Source: Botryllus schlosseri
Lineage: Eukaryota
Assembly (NCBI GenBank): GCA_051294905.1
Contig: CM119381.1
Span: 19,220,001-19,284,000 of the forward strand
Reading direction: 5' to 3'
Length of the DNA: 64,000 bases
Below are positions 1-12,035 of this stretch, in pieces. The notes beneath the pieces are model-generated. The model made no database searches, was not told the DNA's origin, and saw nothing but the letters and a program-made list of their open reading frames with translations. A program made the translations under genes and the position numbers. Each line of letters opens with the position of its first letter. Within the stretch, counting starts at the first letter, position 1.

Positions 1-595
1 CCCAATTGGGGGAGCGAGCTCGAAGGGGGCCCAAAATTATTCAGTGAATTAGCATAAATTATAGAGTATTTTATGAAATTTTATGCAACTTTTTCAACAA
101 TTTTTCGCGCTGGGCGCGATTTCCAAGTACCTTAATTATTGGGTACTTTTCCACCAAGATAAAATACGCAAGATTTATAGAAGTGGGCATATCGGCGTTG
201 GCCATTACCGCGCCACGACGCACGAAGACATATAAAGTTTTAGGCCATGTAACATGCGACTCCAAGTGTGCCAGAACGATCGGCAGCGGAGAACCTTGGC
301 CGAAAAGGACTGCCCTTACGCTGACCGAAAACGTCGTTATATATATACAAAATACATATAGGTATAATTGACCATAGGCGTCTAAATGACTGGCACCGAA
401 TGTTCCTGTCTTGGCAATCTGACCTCACGATACAAATAGGCTACCATCCAGCAGGAATGAATTATAGGCCTATGCCAGTGCAGAACTACCAATTTGAAAT
501 CGTGTGCATCTTTTAGTTTAGTACGTTTGGGCGAGTCTAGATTTTTGATATAGCAGACTGGAGGTCACGAAATAACATCATGTAACGAAGTCGTA

Positions 596-1278
596 CCAAC
601 GGGTCCGCCCGTCCGAATATGTTTAATTATTATTTACGTGCCCTACAGTTTCCAAGACACCTCACTCAGCTCTACCGGTAAATCTGATCACGTGAGCAGA
701 GAAGACAAGCAATTGATAGCAACAAATATGCAATGCCCGATCTTATTGACCTATTTTATTTTGAATTATCGACAATTTTCGCGCTCCACGCTGGCTCACT
801 AAACGAGGATCCTGATTTCGTGGCAGAAGCGAACAACGGGACGGGGGGTCGGTTTATCACCCTATGGGAGCTCAAGACCTAAGTGTTTTGGGTGGCCTGA
901 CGAAGTGCTGTTTCGTTCCTGCCAACGGGTATACGCCCGAAGATGTTTAATTATTATTGAGTGGTCCTACCTTTTGAAACACAACTCACTCGGCTCAACC
1001 TGTCAGTCTGATTACGTGAGCAGAGAGAGGATAAATATTGATACCAATATATTTGCAATTCCTGATTATATTGACCGATTCAATCATGAATTATGGAATT
1101 TTTTTTCGCGCTTCGCGTGATTAGTCGAGAGAAATTGGCTAAAACGGACACCCGATTTAGATGATAAATAGCGGTAAACAGCCATCTAGCCTAGGGGTGT
1201 GTGGTTCGGTTTATCACCCTATGGGGGGCCCAAGAGCAACGTTTTGGGGGTGCCTGACGAAGTGCTGTTACGGCCCTG
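596..1278. mobile_element. Two consecutive diverged right-hand ends of one hAT-type MITE family
   Basis: 596-921 and 922-1278 share collinear blocks (GATGTTTAATTATTAT-like, ACGTGAGCAGAGA, TCGGTTTATCACCCTATGGG, GCCTGACGAAGTGCTGTT). Each ends in a TIR-like terminus (...TTCGTTCCTG at 921; ...TTACGGCCCTG at 1278). Left ends were not identified. Confidence 0.6.
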
Positions 1279-3220
1279 AGTATTGATAACTAATTTACGG
1301 ATAGATGTTCAACAAGTGACTCACGATTGAATACGCCGAGATGCACAAGGCCATAGCTGCCGAGCACCACAAACTCAATACCAACAACAACAACGCCGAG
1401 ATGCGTACTGCTTACCCGGCAAAAAGCAGCATAATTGGTTGTCCTATATCTCGCGACCCAAGCGTCCGAATAATTTGATATGTCGGTGTTTATCGAAAGC
1501 AAGTGTCGTACTGATTCCAAAAATACGAATTGAAATCTCGCCAGGGCAATAAAACTACTCCGAAATAGCCAGCAAAGGTTGATTGTTCTGAACAACGGGA
1601 GCGCGGCAACACAAATGGCCAATGGCGTCAATCGAATGATCGGAACAATGCCAATTTTCATATTTTGGTGACAATTTTGGGTTCCTTTGATTGCCCTGGT
1701 ATTCGTGCGGCCCCGACCGTACTCTGAAATTCTCAATTTGGCCCTGTCACCGAAAAAGGTTGGGAACCGCTGCACCAGGCTATGCTTATAACGAAAATTT
1801 ATAGGTAGCTAGCCTACCTCTGGATCTCACCATCCAGCTAAAATTCAAAAGCATGTACAATGTACATAGACTTCTATAGATTCTATATTGATTATTTTAG
1901 CATTGATAGACGTAGATTGGATTGCTATACATTATAAACTGAAAATACATATCATTACTACATAGGTCGTTGTGTGATAGCTCTTTATACATTCCATCAC
2001 TTATTTACACAAGTTTTAAATACGATGCGTGATATTGGACTTATTGCAATTTATACTTGACTATAATTGTAAGCCGATATTTTGATGTTAGTAAAATTGT
2101 GTAGAAATTTACTCTTCATGGAGACGATATACAAAAGTTTATGACCAGCAGAACTCAAGATATATCCTTGTCTGCCGGGTATTCATCCATGCGTTTGACG
2201 CTAATATGAAAGAATTCTCTTTCACAGTTTTCTGAACCGGCCTTGGACGGCTTAAGGCATAAATAATATTCCTCATTTTAGCCATCATATACAGAAATTG
2301 ACGATAACTATCTGTAGAAAAACAACAACAAATGTCGTCTATTATATTTTTGTGGCATATTTATAGGTCAATCAGAGCCGCAAAAAGGCCATCTTGGAGT
2401 CGCACTGGCCTAATGTAACATACAGCGCGACTAAAACACAGCTCCAACTAATTTGTGTAATAAATTTAAGCACAATAAAAAAGATATACCCACTGAACAC
2501 ACAACACAGTATCAAACGGCAGCGATGTAAATTTGCGCAGGTTAGCAAAACAGAACAACTCGTCATTTTCTTACAAAGTCGCCGACCGAGGTGAATACAA
2601 GCAGCGTCTGAATTACAACTGATATGACACTACTAAATCATCGGAGGGATGTTTTATCTTAATGCAGGGTTTTATAAATATTGATGATGTATCATATAGT
2701 GGCCCTGTATCCAATGTGCCACACGTTTCTCTACAGGTAGTAGTAGGCGACAACATGCATTCTTTGATCGGCCATGGAATCAGTGTTGGGATGACTCGAG
2801 TCAGACTCGAGTCACCTTTTTCGTATGACTTGACTTGACTCGAGTTACTTTGCTAAAATGACTTGACTTGACTCGGCGCATCAGAAATGTGGATTGACTC
2901 GTAACTCGGAGCAAAATTCACGAGTCAATTTCAAGTCATCAAGTAATCGGTGTGATGAAAATCACTGTATATTGCATATGTTCGGATTGTTCGCGAAACG
3001 CTGGTCTAACCCGTGAGAGCGACCAGTCAATCATTCAATGATCGTGTGTTTTACTGGGCCTCCATTGTTCTCTCACAAATAAATTGACCGCAAACGAAGG
3101 GATCGAAACTTACAGCTTACGTTAGTATAGTAAAGTTAAGTAATTTAATAGTAAAATGTATATTTCTGTTCTCTGTTCATACCTTAACGGGCTTAACCGA
3201 ACCTCTTGTCTTATTGAAAT

Positions 3221-4169
3221 TAGGGATGGTGTGAGTGAACGTGAGGTTCACGTTCGCCTTCTGTGTGTGAACCTCGGCAATTTTGAGGTTCGCGTTCACA
3301 GCAGAACCTTGGTAGGTTCTGCAGTGTGAACCTTTTTCATATATTACAATTTTCACGTCAAACATCTTTGGTTCAGATTTATTGCATTTCAACTGCGGGC
3401 CACTTTATATGCATGGTGCTGGCAGCATAAACAATCAACACTAAGCGAGCATACACCTTGACAATCTCAAAAGTTTTCTCGAAATATCCAGCTTTCCGTT
3501 TTTGAATATTTATTAATGACTCTCTGCTGCGTGAGCTTGTGACCCGCAATCACACAGCATCAGCACCAAGAGCGAAATACACTACATGTAGTCAGCGAAT
3601 GATGCTTATTCAACCAATCAATGAGATTGATATCGTTTTCTGATGTAGAAATCTAGCAGGCGTACGGGGTCAATCTTGACTTCATAAGTTTACTTATCAT
3701 AAAAGTCAAATCCGTGCGATTGGGGTGTTGGCTACACCTGTATAACTTGTTAATGGGGCAATATCGGTAACAAGTATGGTAACCCGTTTGCACTCTGCTC
3801 AATATCCATGTAGCAATACCCAAACGCCGAATACACTGTCCGGTCTGGGCTGGACAGTTAGGGCGTAAGCTTATATTCCCTGGCAAGTCCTCGTCGAAAT
3901 TGTTGGCAAAGCGACGGAAGATAATGATTTTATGGGATCATTTGATTGTCTCAGATGATACATTTAGCGACGTATGTGGCCCGATTCCTCGCTAGGTATC
4001 GTGTACAAGTACATTAATATAGGCTATCACTTCATCGAAATATAGGGTTGAAAGTATCAATATGACGTCACGTGACGTCATGAGGTTCACGTTCGCGTTC
4101 ACACAGAACCTTTCAAAAAGGTTCGCGTTCACACGAACCTGAACCTTTCAGAGATTCACACCATCCCTA
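3221..4169. mobile_element. hAT-type non-autonomous element (TIR TAGGGATGGTGTGA) nested in 2781-5598
   Basis: 14-bp TIRs; perfect 8-bp TSD ATTGAAAT (3213-3220, 4170-4177); subterminal GAGGTTCACGTTCGC/GAACCT repeats; no transposase ORF seen. Confidence 0.9.
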
Positions 4170-4262
4170 ATTGAAATTGAATTCTAATATAGTTTATATA
4201 GTCCTTCAACCGTTGGTGCAGACTTGAATTGTATCATATAAATTTGTAAATGGGTAATGTAT

Positions 4263-5150
4263 CAGTGTTGGGATCAAGTCACTACCTTCGAGTCACGAGT
4301 CATTTCGAATCATTGCACATTTGACTCGAGTCAAGTCAAGTCAATCGGTTTTCGAAGGTGACTCGAGTCAAGTCAATTCACTCGATTTTTGGAGGTGACT
4401 CGAGTCAAGTCAAGTCAAGTCAAATCAAGTCACGAGTCAAGTCAAGATTCAAGTCAAGTTAAGTTGCCTTTTCGTAGTATGAGGCAAGATTACGTCATTA
4501 CATTTTGCTAGCTGTCTGAAATACAGATTGAGTGGTCATTGATTTTGAACCGATGAACGAATATAGAGTTGAATATACACCCAAAAATGCGCTATATCGC
4601 TCACATATACATAGCCTCAGTTTATAGTTACCAACCAAAATAGAGAATAGAGAAACGAATTGATAAGGTGCAATACATAACCCTTTACCCATTTACATAT
4701 TGATGTGATACAATTCGAGCCTGCACCAATGGTTGAGGAGTATATAAACTATATTGGAATTCAAAATCAATAAAACAAGAGGTTTGGTTAAGGTAGATAA
4801 TTTTCTAGTATATTACTTTACTAATAGTTTACGACAACGTAAACTGTTAGCTTCGATCACTTCGTTTGTGGTCAATTTATTTGTGAGAGAACAATGGAGA
4901 CTCAGTAAAACGCACGATCATTGAATGATTGGTCGCTCTCACGGGTTACACCAGCGTTTCGCGAACAATCCGAACATATGCAAGATACAGTGATTTTTTT
5001 CGACAGCGTTTACTTGATGATTTGAAATTGACTCGTGAATTTTGCTCCGAGTCACGAGTCAATCCACACGCCGAGTCAAGTCAAGTCATGCGAAAAAGGT
5101 GACTCGAGTCTGACTCGAGTCAAGTCATGACTCGAGTCATCCCAACACTG
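4263..5150 (-). mobile_element. Second copy of the CAGTGTTGGGAT family, inserted in inverted orientation inside the first copy
   Basis: Same TIRs; perfect TSD TAATGTAT (4255-4262, 5151-5158). 4263-4690 is the reverse complement of ~5159-5598, and ~4690-5150 is the reverse complement of 2781-3220 plus 4178-4262. Confidence 0.9.
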
Positions 5151-5696
5151 TAATGTATTGCATCTTATCAGTTCGTTTCTCTATTCTCTATTTTGGCTGG
5201 TAACTACAAACTGAGGCTATGCAATTACTTACGTAGTTTAGTAGTTCTACGTATATGTGAGCGATACAACGCCTTTTAGCGTGTATATTTAACTCTATAT
5301 TCGTTCATCGGTTCAAAATCAATGACCACTCAATCAGTATTTTAGACAGCTATATAGCAAAATGCAATGAAGTAATCATGCCTCATACTTTGAAAAGGCA
5401 ACTTGACTTGAATTGTGACTTGACTCGTGACTTGACTTGACTTGACTAGACTCGACTTGACTCGAGTCACCTCCAAAAATCGAGTAACTTGACTTGACTC
5501 GAGTCACCTTCAAAAATTGATTGACTTGACTCGAGTCAAAATTTGCAATGACTCGAAATGACTCGTGACTCAAAAGTAGTGACTTGATCCCAACACTGCT
5601 TGGAATATATAATTCAAAGTGTTCTCCCGGTGCCTGGATAAAAGTCGTCATCTGTTTTGTTTCGTTTCTTTGCCATTATCATGTCTAACTTTAATA

Positions 5697-8116
5697 TCAT
5701 ACAGCATGACTCCCCCAAAAAAGCAGTAACTTGTGAACTGCAGCGCCATGGAATAGTTCGCCATAACGTCTTGTTTTTAACGAGTATTCCCCCTTAAATT
5801 GATGCAGAGTATGGTTCCATATTTTCCATTTGCGATTCATTTTCCACACAACATGAGGTTGCGCACCATCCCAGGGGTAATACATAACTTCGTATTTTCT
5901 TCCAGATGGTGTTAAGACGGGCTTTACGTTCACGGTCGAATTTCCCAGCTTCTCTCTGAGTATACCTGTCATTGCATTTAATATATTTGAGGATAAGGAG
6001 ATGTTTCAATCTTTGTGCAATCAGCATTTCAGACGTCACCATGGCATACCCACTTAAAAGAGAACGATGACCTACCTGTTATCAAAACATCTTCTAAAGG
6101 AAAATGTGTGATGTTTGTTATTTCAGAAGCACATAAGATGGATCGGACCAAGGTGCCTTTCATTGTGTACATGCCCCCGTGACAAAACGTTGGATAACGC
6201 TGGTGTGAATATTGATCCTCATCAACAAACCTAAAATAACGCGTGTGAAACAATTTTCGAAGATATCAGGAGAATTGATCCTGGGTGGGTACAAACCATT
6301 TGTTTTTCTTTTGTCTAACCGGTGTGCCTTTAGAATTGAAATTAAATCCGCAAAATATATTTTCGTTTGCTTCCGACGGAAGCAACTGATCGAAAAACGC
6401 GTGTATGTTTGAAATCTTCATCATACAGTCGTTATCGGTGAACGTGTAAAAGGTTTCGGTGTTAGTATGCTGAATTATCCACAAGAGCGAATGAATAACC
6501 TGTATAGAGAGGTTAAAAGAGCATTTCAATATTACGAGAGACAGTCCACACCAAAGGGCACAATGACCATTGGGATGAGACCCCCACTCACACACGAATA
6601 GCCATATAGGGTTGCATAAAAAAATTTAATTTAAGCAAATATGTCTTTTATTGTGTTTTTTTAAAAGTCATAGTGGATTGACATCGACAATTAAAAATAT
6701 AAGGTGAATATTGCTCTTTTAACGAGATATCTACGTACTATAGCTGTTGAATCGACTATTTTTTGGGTTCCGACAATCCCATATCGTACACGTCGGCTTT
6801 TACATATATACACCATGTTTTTGGAAAGTATATACACAATTATGGCATAATTATACAGCTTGAAAGAAATGGTTTTTTGAAAAGACCCTTGCGTAAAACA
6901 TTGTTTAAAACATGTTTCAAGCAAAGTGTTTTAAACAACCATTTCTTTTAAATGCAACCCTACAAACAGAAGCTATCAAACAATAAGTTCATGGTTGATT
7001 ACAATGAAAATGAATATATATTATGCCGTAGCCTAGGGATCAGTTCATAATCTTTGGTATCTGTATAGTATATTACGAAACATTCGCCTTTGAAACCGCG
7101 CATAATCCTATAGGCAATATGAGAGAGATATACCACGAACCTTGTTCGGTAAATTTTTGTATGTGTCTGAGACAGGACATTGCAAAATATCGCCGAACAC
7201 AGCATTCTCCTCTTGTAGTGCCTTTTGCCACAGCTCAGAGTGGTTGGATGCGTTCGGTAATCCGATTAAAAATACCACAGAAAACAATTTTCCTTTGAAT
7301 GAAGCAACCGATCCCCACGTCGAACGAACTGTATTTCGAAACACGTAGTGGTGAGGAGCGGACTTGACGACGAACACCATCCAAGCTGTTAACAGAATGC
7401 TGGTGCAAACTTGGTTGCAAGAAATTTCACAAAAGTATCCATTTATGCAACTTTGACTTTATGTTGTTCAACCTCAATATATCTATAAAGGCGATGGAGT
7501 TGATCACGACCGAAAGTTGTTTTGGGGTCAAATATTTTTGAATGGCACGGAATGTTACACTTTGGAGAGTAAATACAATTTCACATTCTTTCGAAAATGC
7601 CTGGTGACGTGAACAGTTTATTTTATTAAAACAAACCAGTGATATGTATAATTATAATTGTTTATGTATAACCAATCAATGCATTACCTACAAAAACCCA
7701 CATTTTCCTACTTCTTCCAATGATCGCGGAGTCAATAGGTCTCCTTCTCCGCACATTGCGTATGATGACGGCGGCCACGTTATTCGGGCGTATTTCAAGG
7801 GTAATAGACTGCCTTTATCCGATGAAACATTCGCAACATCTCTGTGAGTGCACTCAACAGTTCCAATCTCCCAGCGGTACAATTTCGCTTGCGACCGAAC
7901 GCCCGACTCCGGAGAATACGTTTCATATGACAGTGTCGTGGATGTACTGACATCAGATATCGGCAAAGTTTGAAGTGATCGGTTTCGAATGAAGAAGGCA
8001 TTTCGATGTGAAATCTTCAATGCTTGTAATAGGTGGATGCAGACATTGCACAATAACGCAAGAAAAGCTGTGGCGATTACAAATTTCATATTCTTAAACG
8101 AAATGCATAATTTCAT
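5697..8116 (-). CDS. GT31-family beta-1,3-galactosyltransferase-like protein, about 5 coding exons (~8116-7700, ~7388-7141, ~6503-6297, 6230-6076, 5965-5697)
   Basis: N-terminal TM (MKLCISFKNMKFVIATAFLALLCNVC) and GT31 motifs VFVVKSAP..RNTVRSTWG, VVFLIG, ENAVFGDILQ..VSDTYKNLPNK, DxD (FTDND), PVRQKKNKWFV, YPTFCHGG, EDVLITGILR. GT-AG introns join in frame. The first donor is the least certain boundary. Confidence 0.85.
6607..6962. mobile_element. hAT-type MITE (TIR [T/C]AGGGTTGCAT) in a B3GALT intron; sister of 29815-30168
   Basis: TAGGGTTGCAT...ATGCAACCCTA; internal blocks shared with 29815-30168 (e.g. CATGTTTTTGGAAAGTAT); TSD not preserved. Confidence 0.75.
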
Positions 8117-9699
8117 ACCGCCTCTATTGAATGCTAAACCTGAACCCTGCAAATATATAAAACGAGAAGAATTAAATATAGATGGGTTGGGTAGCCGTGT
8201 CTGCAACTCGAGTATCCGAGCCGAGTACGCCTATTTTGGACCATTTTAACCAGCCGACACCCCGAGTTTTAATCGATGAAAAACCTTGATTTTATGAATT
8301 CTTTTGTCGCTTAATACTATACCTACTTTTCATTGCTAATGATTGTCATATTTCCTACTATATGTTTTGCTAAACGCAATTGTCATCTGTGTTTGGGGTG
8401 CAGTGATGTAATGCTATTATGTATGTGATCTGTGACGCAGCTAACTTGGCGACCAGCTTAATCTGGGTCCTGGCGGTCAAGCGTTTCTTTCCTTCCTCTC
8501 ACGCAGCTATGTTATCAGTGGTCGGTATCGCAACTGCCATGGCTTAAAATTGAATTTCTTCATGGTTTTATGTGGATCACGTTTAGATACCGCGAACCGT
8601 AATTCAATTTAGTTCTTTGTCATCAACTATAACTTGGTTCCGTCAAACTGTACATAGGATCTATTTTTGTTGATTTCGTAATATGTTATGCATATTATTA
8701 AACCGCCTAATATAGTCAATAGTCATTAATGTATTTTTAGCTTAGTTAGTTACAAAATATAGGCAACATCTATTCACTGGACAACAATAAAATTCATCAT
8801 GGTAGGTGAGAACGATTTTAGGGTAAATTGGGGGGCGGGGGCGCTGAGCTCGAAAATGATATTGGGTTCTGCAGATAGGCTCTATTTTTTAAGATATCGC
8901 CGAATTTGGATGTTTTTATTTTTAGTTTTTTTATTTTATTCAAACTATGTTACATTTCATCCTAACAGCCTATATGTTTTAGTAGGTCAGTCTGTACAGC
9001 AACCACGAGAATGAACACAATTAGATCGGCGGAACGAAACTGTGCTGCATAATTCTATTCTTTTTCCATATCGAACAAAAAATTCCCGATTTAGTCGTAT
9101 TTTCATCGGATTCTTCCAATATATTTTAGTTTGTGACAATAAGCTTCATATACCGATAAATGTGCTCGGGGCGAACTACAGATAGCAGTAATTCGGTAAT
9201 AACAAACCAAGAATGCATGAACCTACAAATAACGACAACTTGTAAACACAGACGAAATATACAAGCAAGAAATATTTTTGTCAACAATGAGTATTCAAAT
9301 CTTCTCGTAGAAATAAATCAATATCGGGATGCGCATTAGTGACGTTCTTAGATGCAAATCCTGTAATTAACTCAAGTTAGCTTGAAGTCATCTGTAGGAA
9401 AATCCTCTTGTACCATTTTGATGGGCAGTCACAATGTAAGCGATAATTTTCAGGATAAATCCAATCATTGCTTTATCAGTGCACTACAACGCACATGTTA
9501 GTACTACATCGGAGATGATATATACTAATCTAAGCCCATATTCACCTCCTCAAGCGCGAGTTAACCTATATTTCCCACAAAAATACCATTTTCATAGCAT
9601 ATGTGGGAAGAGGCAATATCTCAAAAAAATAGAGCCAATTCGGAAAAAGTAATGCCATTTGCGAACTCAGTGCCCCTGATATAACCCTACGGCCTAGAT

Positions 9700-9990
9700 C
9701 AGTGGTTCCCAACCTGTTTTAGACACGCCCCCTTTATGATAGTGAAAAATTTCGCGCCCCCTTATCGTCATATCACAAAATCCAACCGGGATGCTAGCAA
9801 CTCCAACAGATTTTTGGATGGCATGGACGGTTATAACTGTTGATGAGAGAATTATAAAGTATGAAATTCGGTGTGCATATATAGAGAAACACGCGTGAAT
9901 TGGAGGTAAATCGCGCAAAGCGCGAATTTTTTTTCAGTTGACCGCTTCTTCGCGTCCCCTTCCAAGCTTTCACGCCCAGTGAAAGGCTAC
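9700..9990. mobile_element. Left end of a Buster/Charlie-type hAT MITE
   Basis: CAGTGGTTCCCAACC terminus preceded by GCCTAGAT (nnnTAnnn); matching right end with the same TSD not found; right coordinate approximate. Confidence 0.5.
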
Positions 9991-10427
9991 TTCAAACGGT
10001 CGTTATTTCACATCACTACAATACCAATGCATTTCACTGTAGAAATCTCTGTCTATACTTATCGGAACTTTAAATGTCAACAGTGCTATACTACAGCGCA
10101 TTAAGCACAAAAGCCCTCAGTCATATTATTTCCCTCTTCTGACCGGTATAGTTCCGTGCCATCTACTTGAGACACTTGAAAGAAAATTTGATCGAAATCC
10201 ACGCCTGATGGATCCGGTTTACAAAGAAGATGTCATACTCATACGCATTCGTTCAAATTACCTATGGCGCCTAGCGAAAAATCGCGTTTGGGATAGGATA
10301 ATAAAAAATAATGATGCATTGTTTCTAAACAATTTCACGTGTCCCTGTACATCTAGCGTGCGTATTCAATCCCCAAGACACAGTGGCTATATATATGAAA
10401 TCCGAAATCTGCACAACTTCACGTATA

Positions 10428-10566
10428 TATATCGCGTATAGGATGTCTTTCTTTCGGAAATAGAGGCTATAAGATCTTTATAATTTCACTTGTATATCGC
10501 GTATAGGATGTCTTTCTTTCGGAAATAGAGGCTATAAGATCTTTATAATTTCACTTGTATATCGCG
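10428..10566. repeat. Perfect 65-bp tandem duplication (two units plus 9 bp)
   Basis: TATATCGCGTATAGGATGTC...TTTCACTTG starts at 10428 and 10493; partial third unit at 10558. Confidence 0.95.
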
Positions 10567-12035
10567 CATGAATTATGTGCGGCTTTAACTACTAAAGCTA
10601 TTTCTCTCGAAAGCAGATTTCCCTCTTTCCGATGATTTCTGCGACTTTCGTAGACGGAATAGTTCAACTAACTGGTTGCGGTAATCAAGGTACAGACTTT
10701 CAACGATACGCAAGAGACAAAATGCATATTATTCAAAATTGAACCAACGCTAGTGAATTATTTATTTGTATATTAGTTTTGAAGCGTGGCACTGTGACTG
10801 TCTATACAAGAGACTTATCGCCATCTCAAGCAGTTACCAACAATTCGACTCGGTGAATAATGGAACGACTTTGTAGTATACCCGATGGATATCAATTAGC
10901 ATCATCTTCAGAGGAGCTCACGGACGAGAACTTGGAGTCTGCTGCTTACGAAATCCTAAATCTCAATCCGTGCCGTCTGGTTCACGAAATATCAGAGCAT
11001 GGTTGAACCGGTCACTAAGACTCAGAACTTGATACTTGACACTTGATTATTTGTCTCTTTGGCCTGACAGTGATATTGGCACAGCCACAGGCATCTAAAA
11101 GGCCTTCTAATATACAATTCATATACTAAAACAACAAAACTGTAGACTTACAAAGGGATGATATTATCGCTGAGGTTTCCTTCATCAAAACAGTTAAGCG
11201 TTGACATTGTTAAATGACTGTACAGTGTACATTACTGAGTCGCGAGACGTATATTTCACTAGGCGTCTTCTCCGATGTATAGCACATCAGACGCGACCCG
11301 CGAGACGTCATATTGTTAAAAAGCTGTATGTCCCATGACAGTTGTATAAATGTATAGTATCGAGTCATAATGCAATATTTTCTGTGCCACATTTCATTAA
11401 AGCGAACTACTTCAGGAAGATTAAGATGTTATCCAACCATTAGTACGAAAATGCAACCCAGTTATTAACTATAGAGTATAGACTATGCAAATGCACATTG
11501 AAAATGACTCTCTGGGTTATTTTAAATATAGAACAGGGGTTCTTAACGTATAGTATGAAGTAACAAGGGTATAATTTTAGGACGCGACGGCACCAGAGCG
11601 ATCCTTTAATATGAGTGCAATGATCATTTAATTTCTTGCAACAACGAAATTTCATCGCGCTTCGTGCGATTTCCTGTGGATAGTTCGTACATATCAGAGG
11701 TTGCTGTGTCGGTTACTATAGCCAATAAGAGAGGCACGTAGAAAAGTCGTTACTCGCTATACAATATGGCTTGATCATGAAAATGTGTCAACCTTTGCAT
11801 TACACGAATATATCTGACCATTTTGATAAAGCTCTGTTCGGTAGGTACAGCTGTTTTCTGCGCGTTCTTTATGTCATACATGACCGTAAAATGTGTGATA
11901 ATTGGGTCGCCAGATGCCACTAAAACTCCGATTTGGGTCGCGGTCGAAAGAGTTTAAGAACCTTAATTAAACCTTAGTCGGAAAGAAAATGAGACCGGAA
12001 TCGCACCAAGTGCCCCAATCGTAACTAGTCGGCTT

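Larger units (their letters stand above)
2781..5598 (+). mobile_element. hAT-type non-autonomous element (TIR CAGTGTTGGGAT) hosting two nested insertions
   Basis: TIRs CAGTGTTGGGAT...ATCCCAACACTG; 8-bp TSD CATGGAAT (2773-2780) / CTTGGAAT (5599-5606); subterminal arrays of GACTCGAGTC and GACTT/AAGTC. Confidence 0.9.

Noticed and set aside
1290-1775. 161-aa minus-strand ORF
   Set aside because: No ATG start or recognisable motif, and it overlaps a MITE-like end (AAAGGTTGGGAACCGCTG near 1755-1773); likely a chance ORF.
2781-5598. CRISPR-like appearance of repeated GACTCGAGTC/GACTT units
   Set aside because: Irregular spacing, no unique spacers or cas genes, eukaryotic context, and bounded by TIRs and TSDs; these are transposon subterminal repeats.
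9260-9400. Minus-strand peptide AHPDIDLFLREDLN, faintly like the LINE endonuclease GDFN motif
   Set aside because: Too short and interrupted by stops to support a call without a search.
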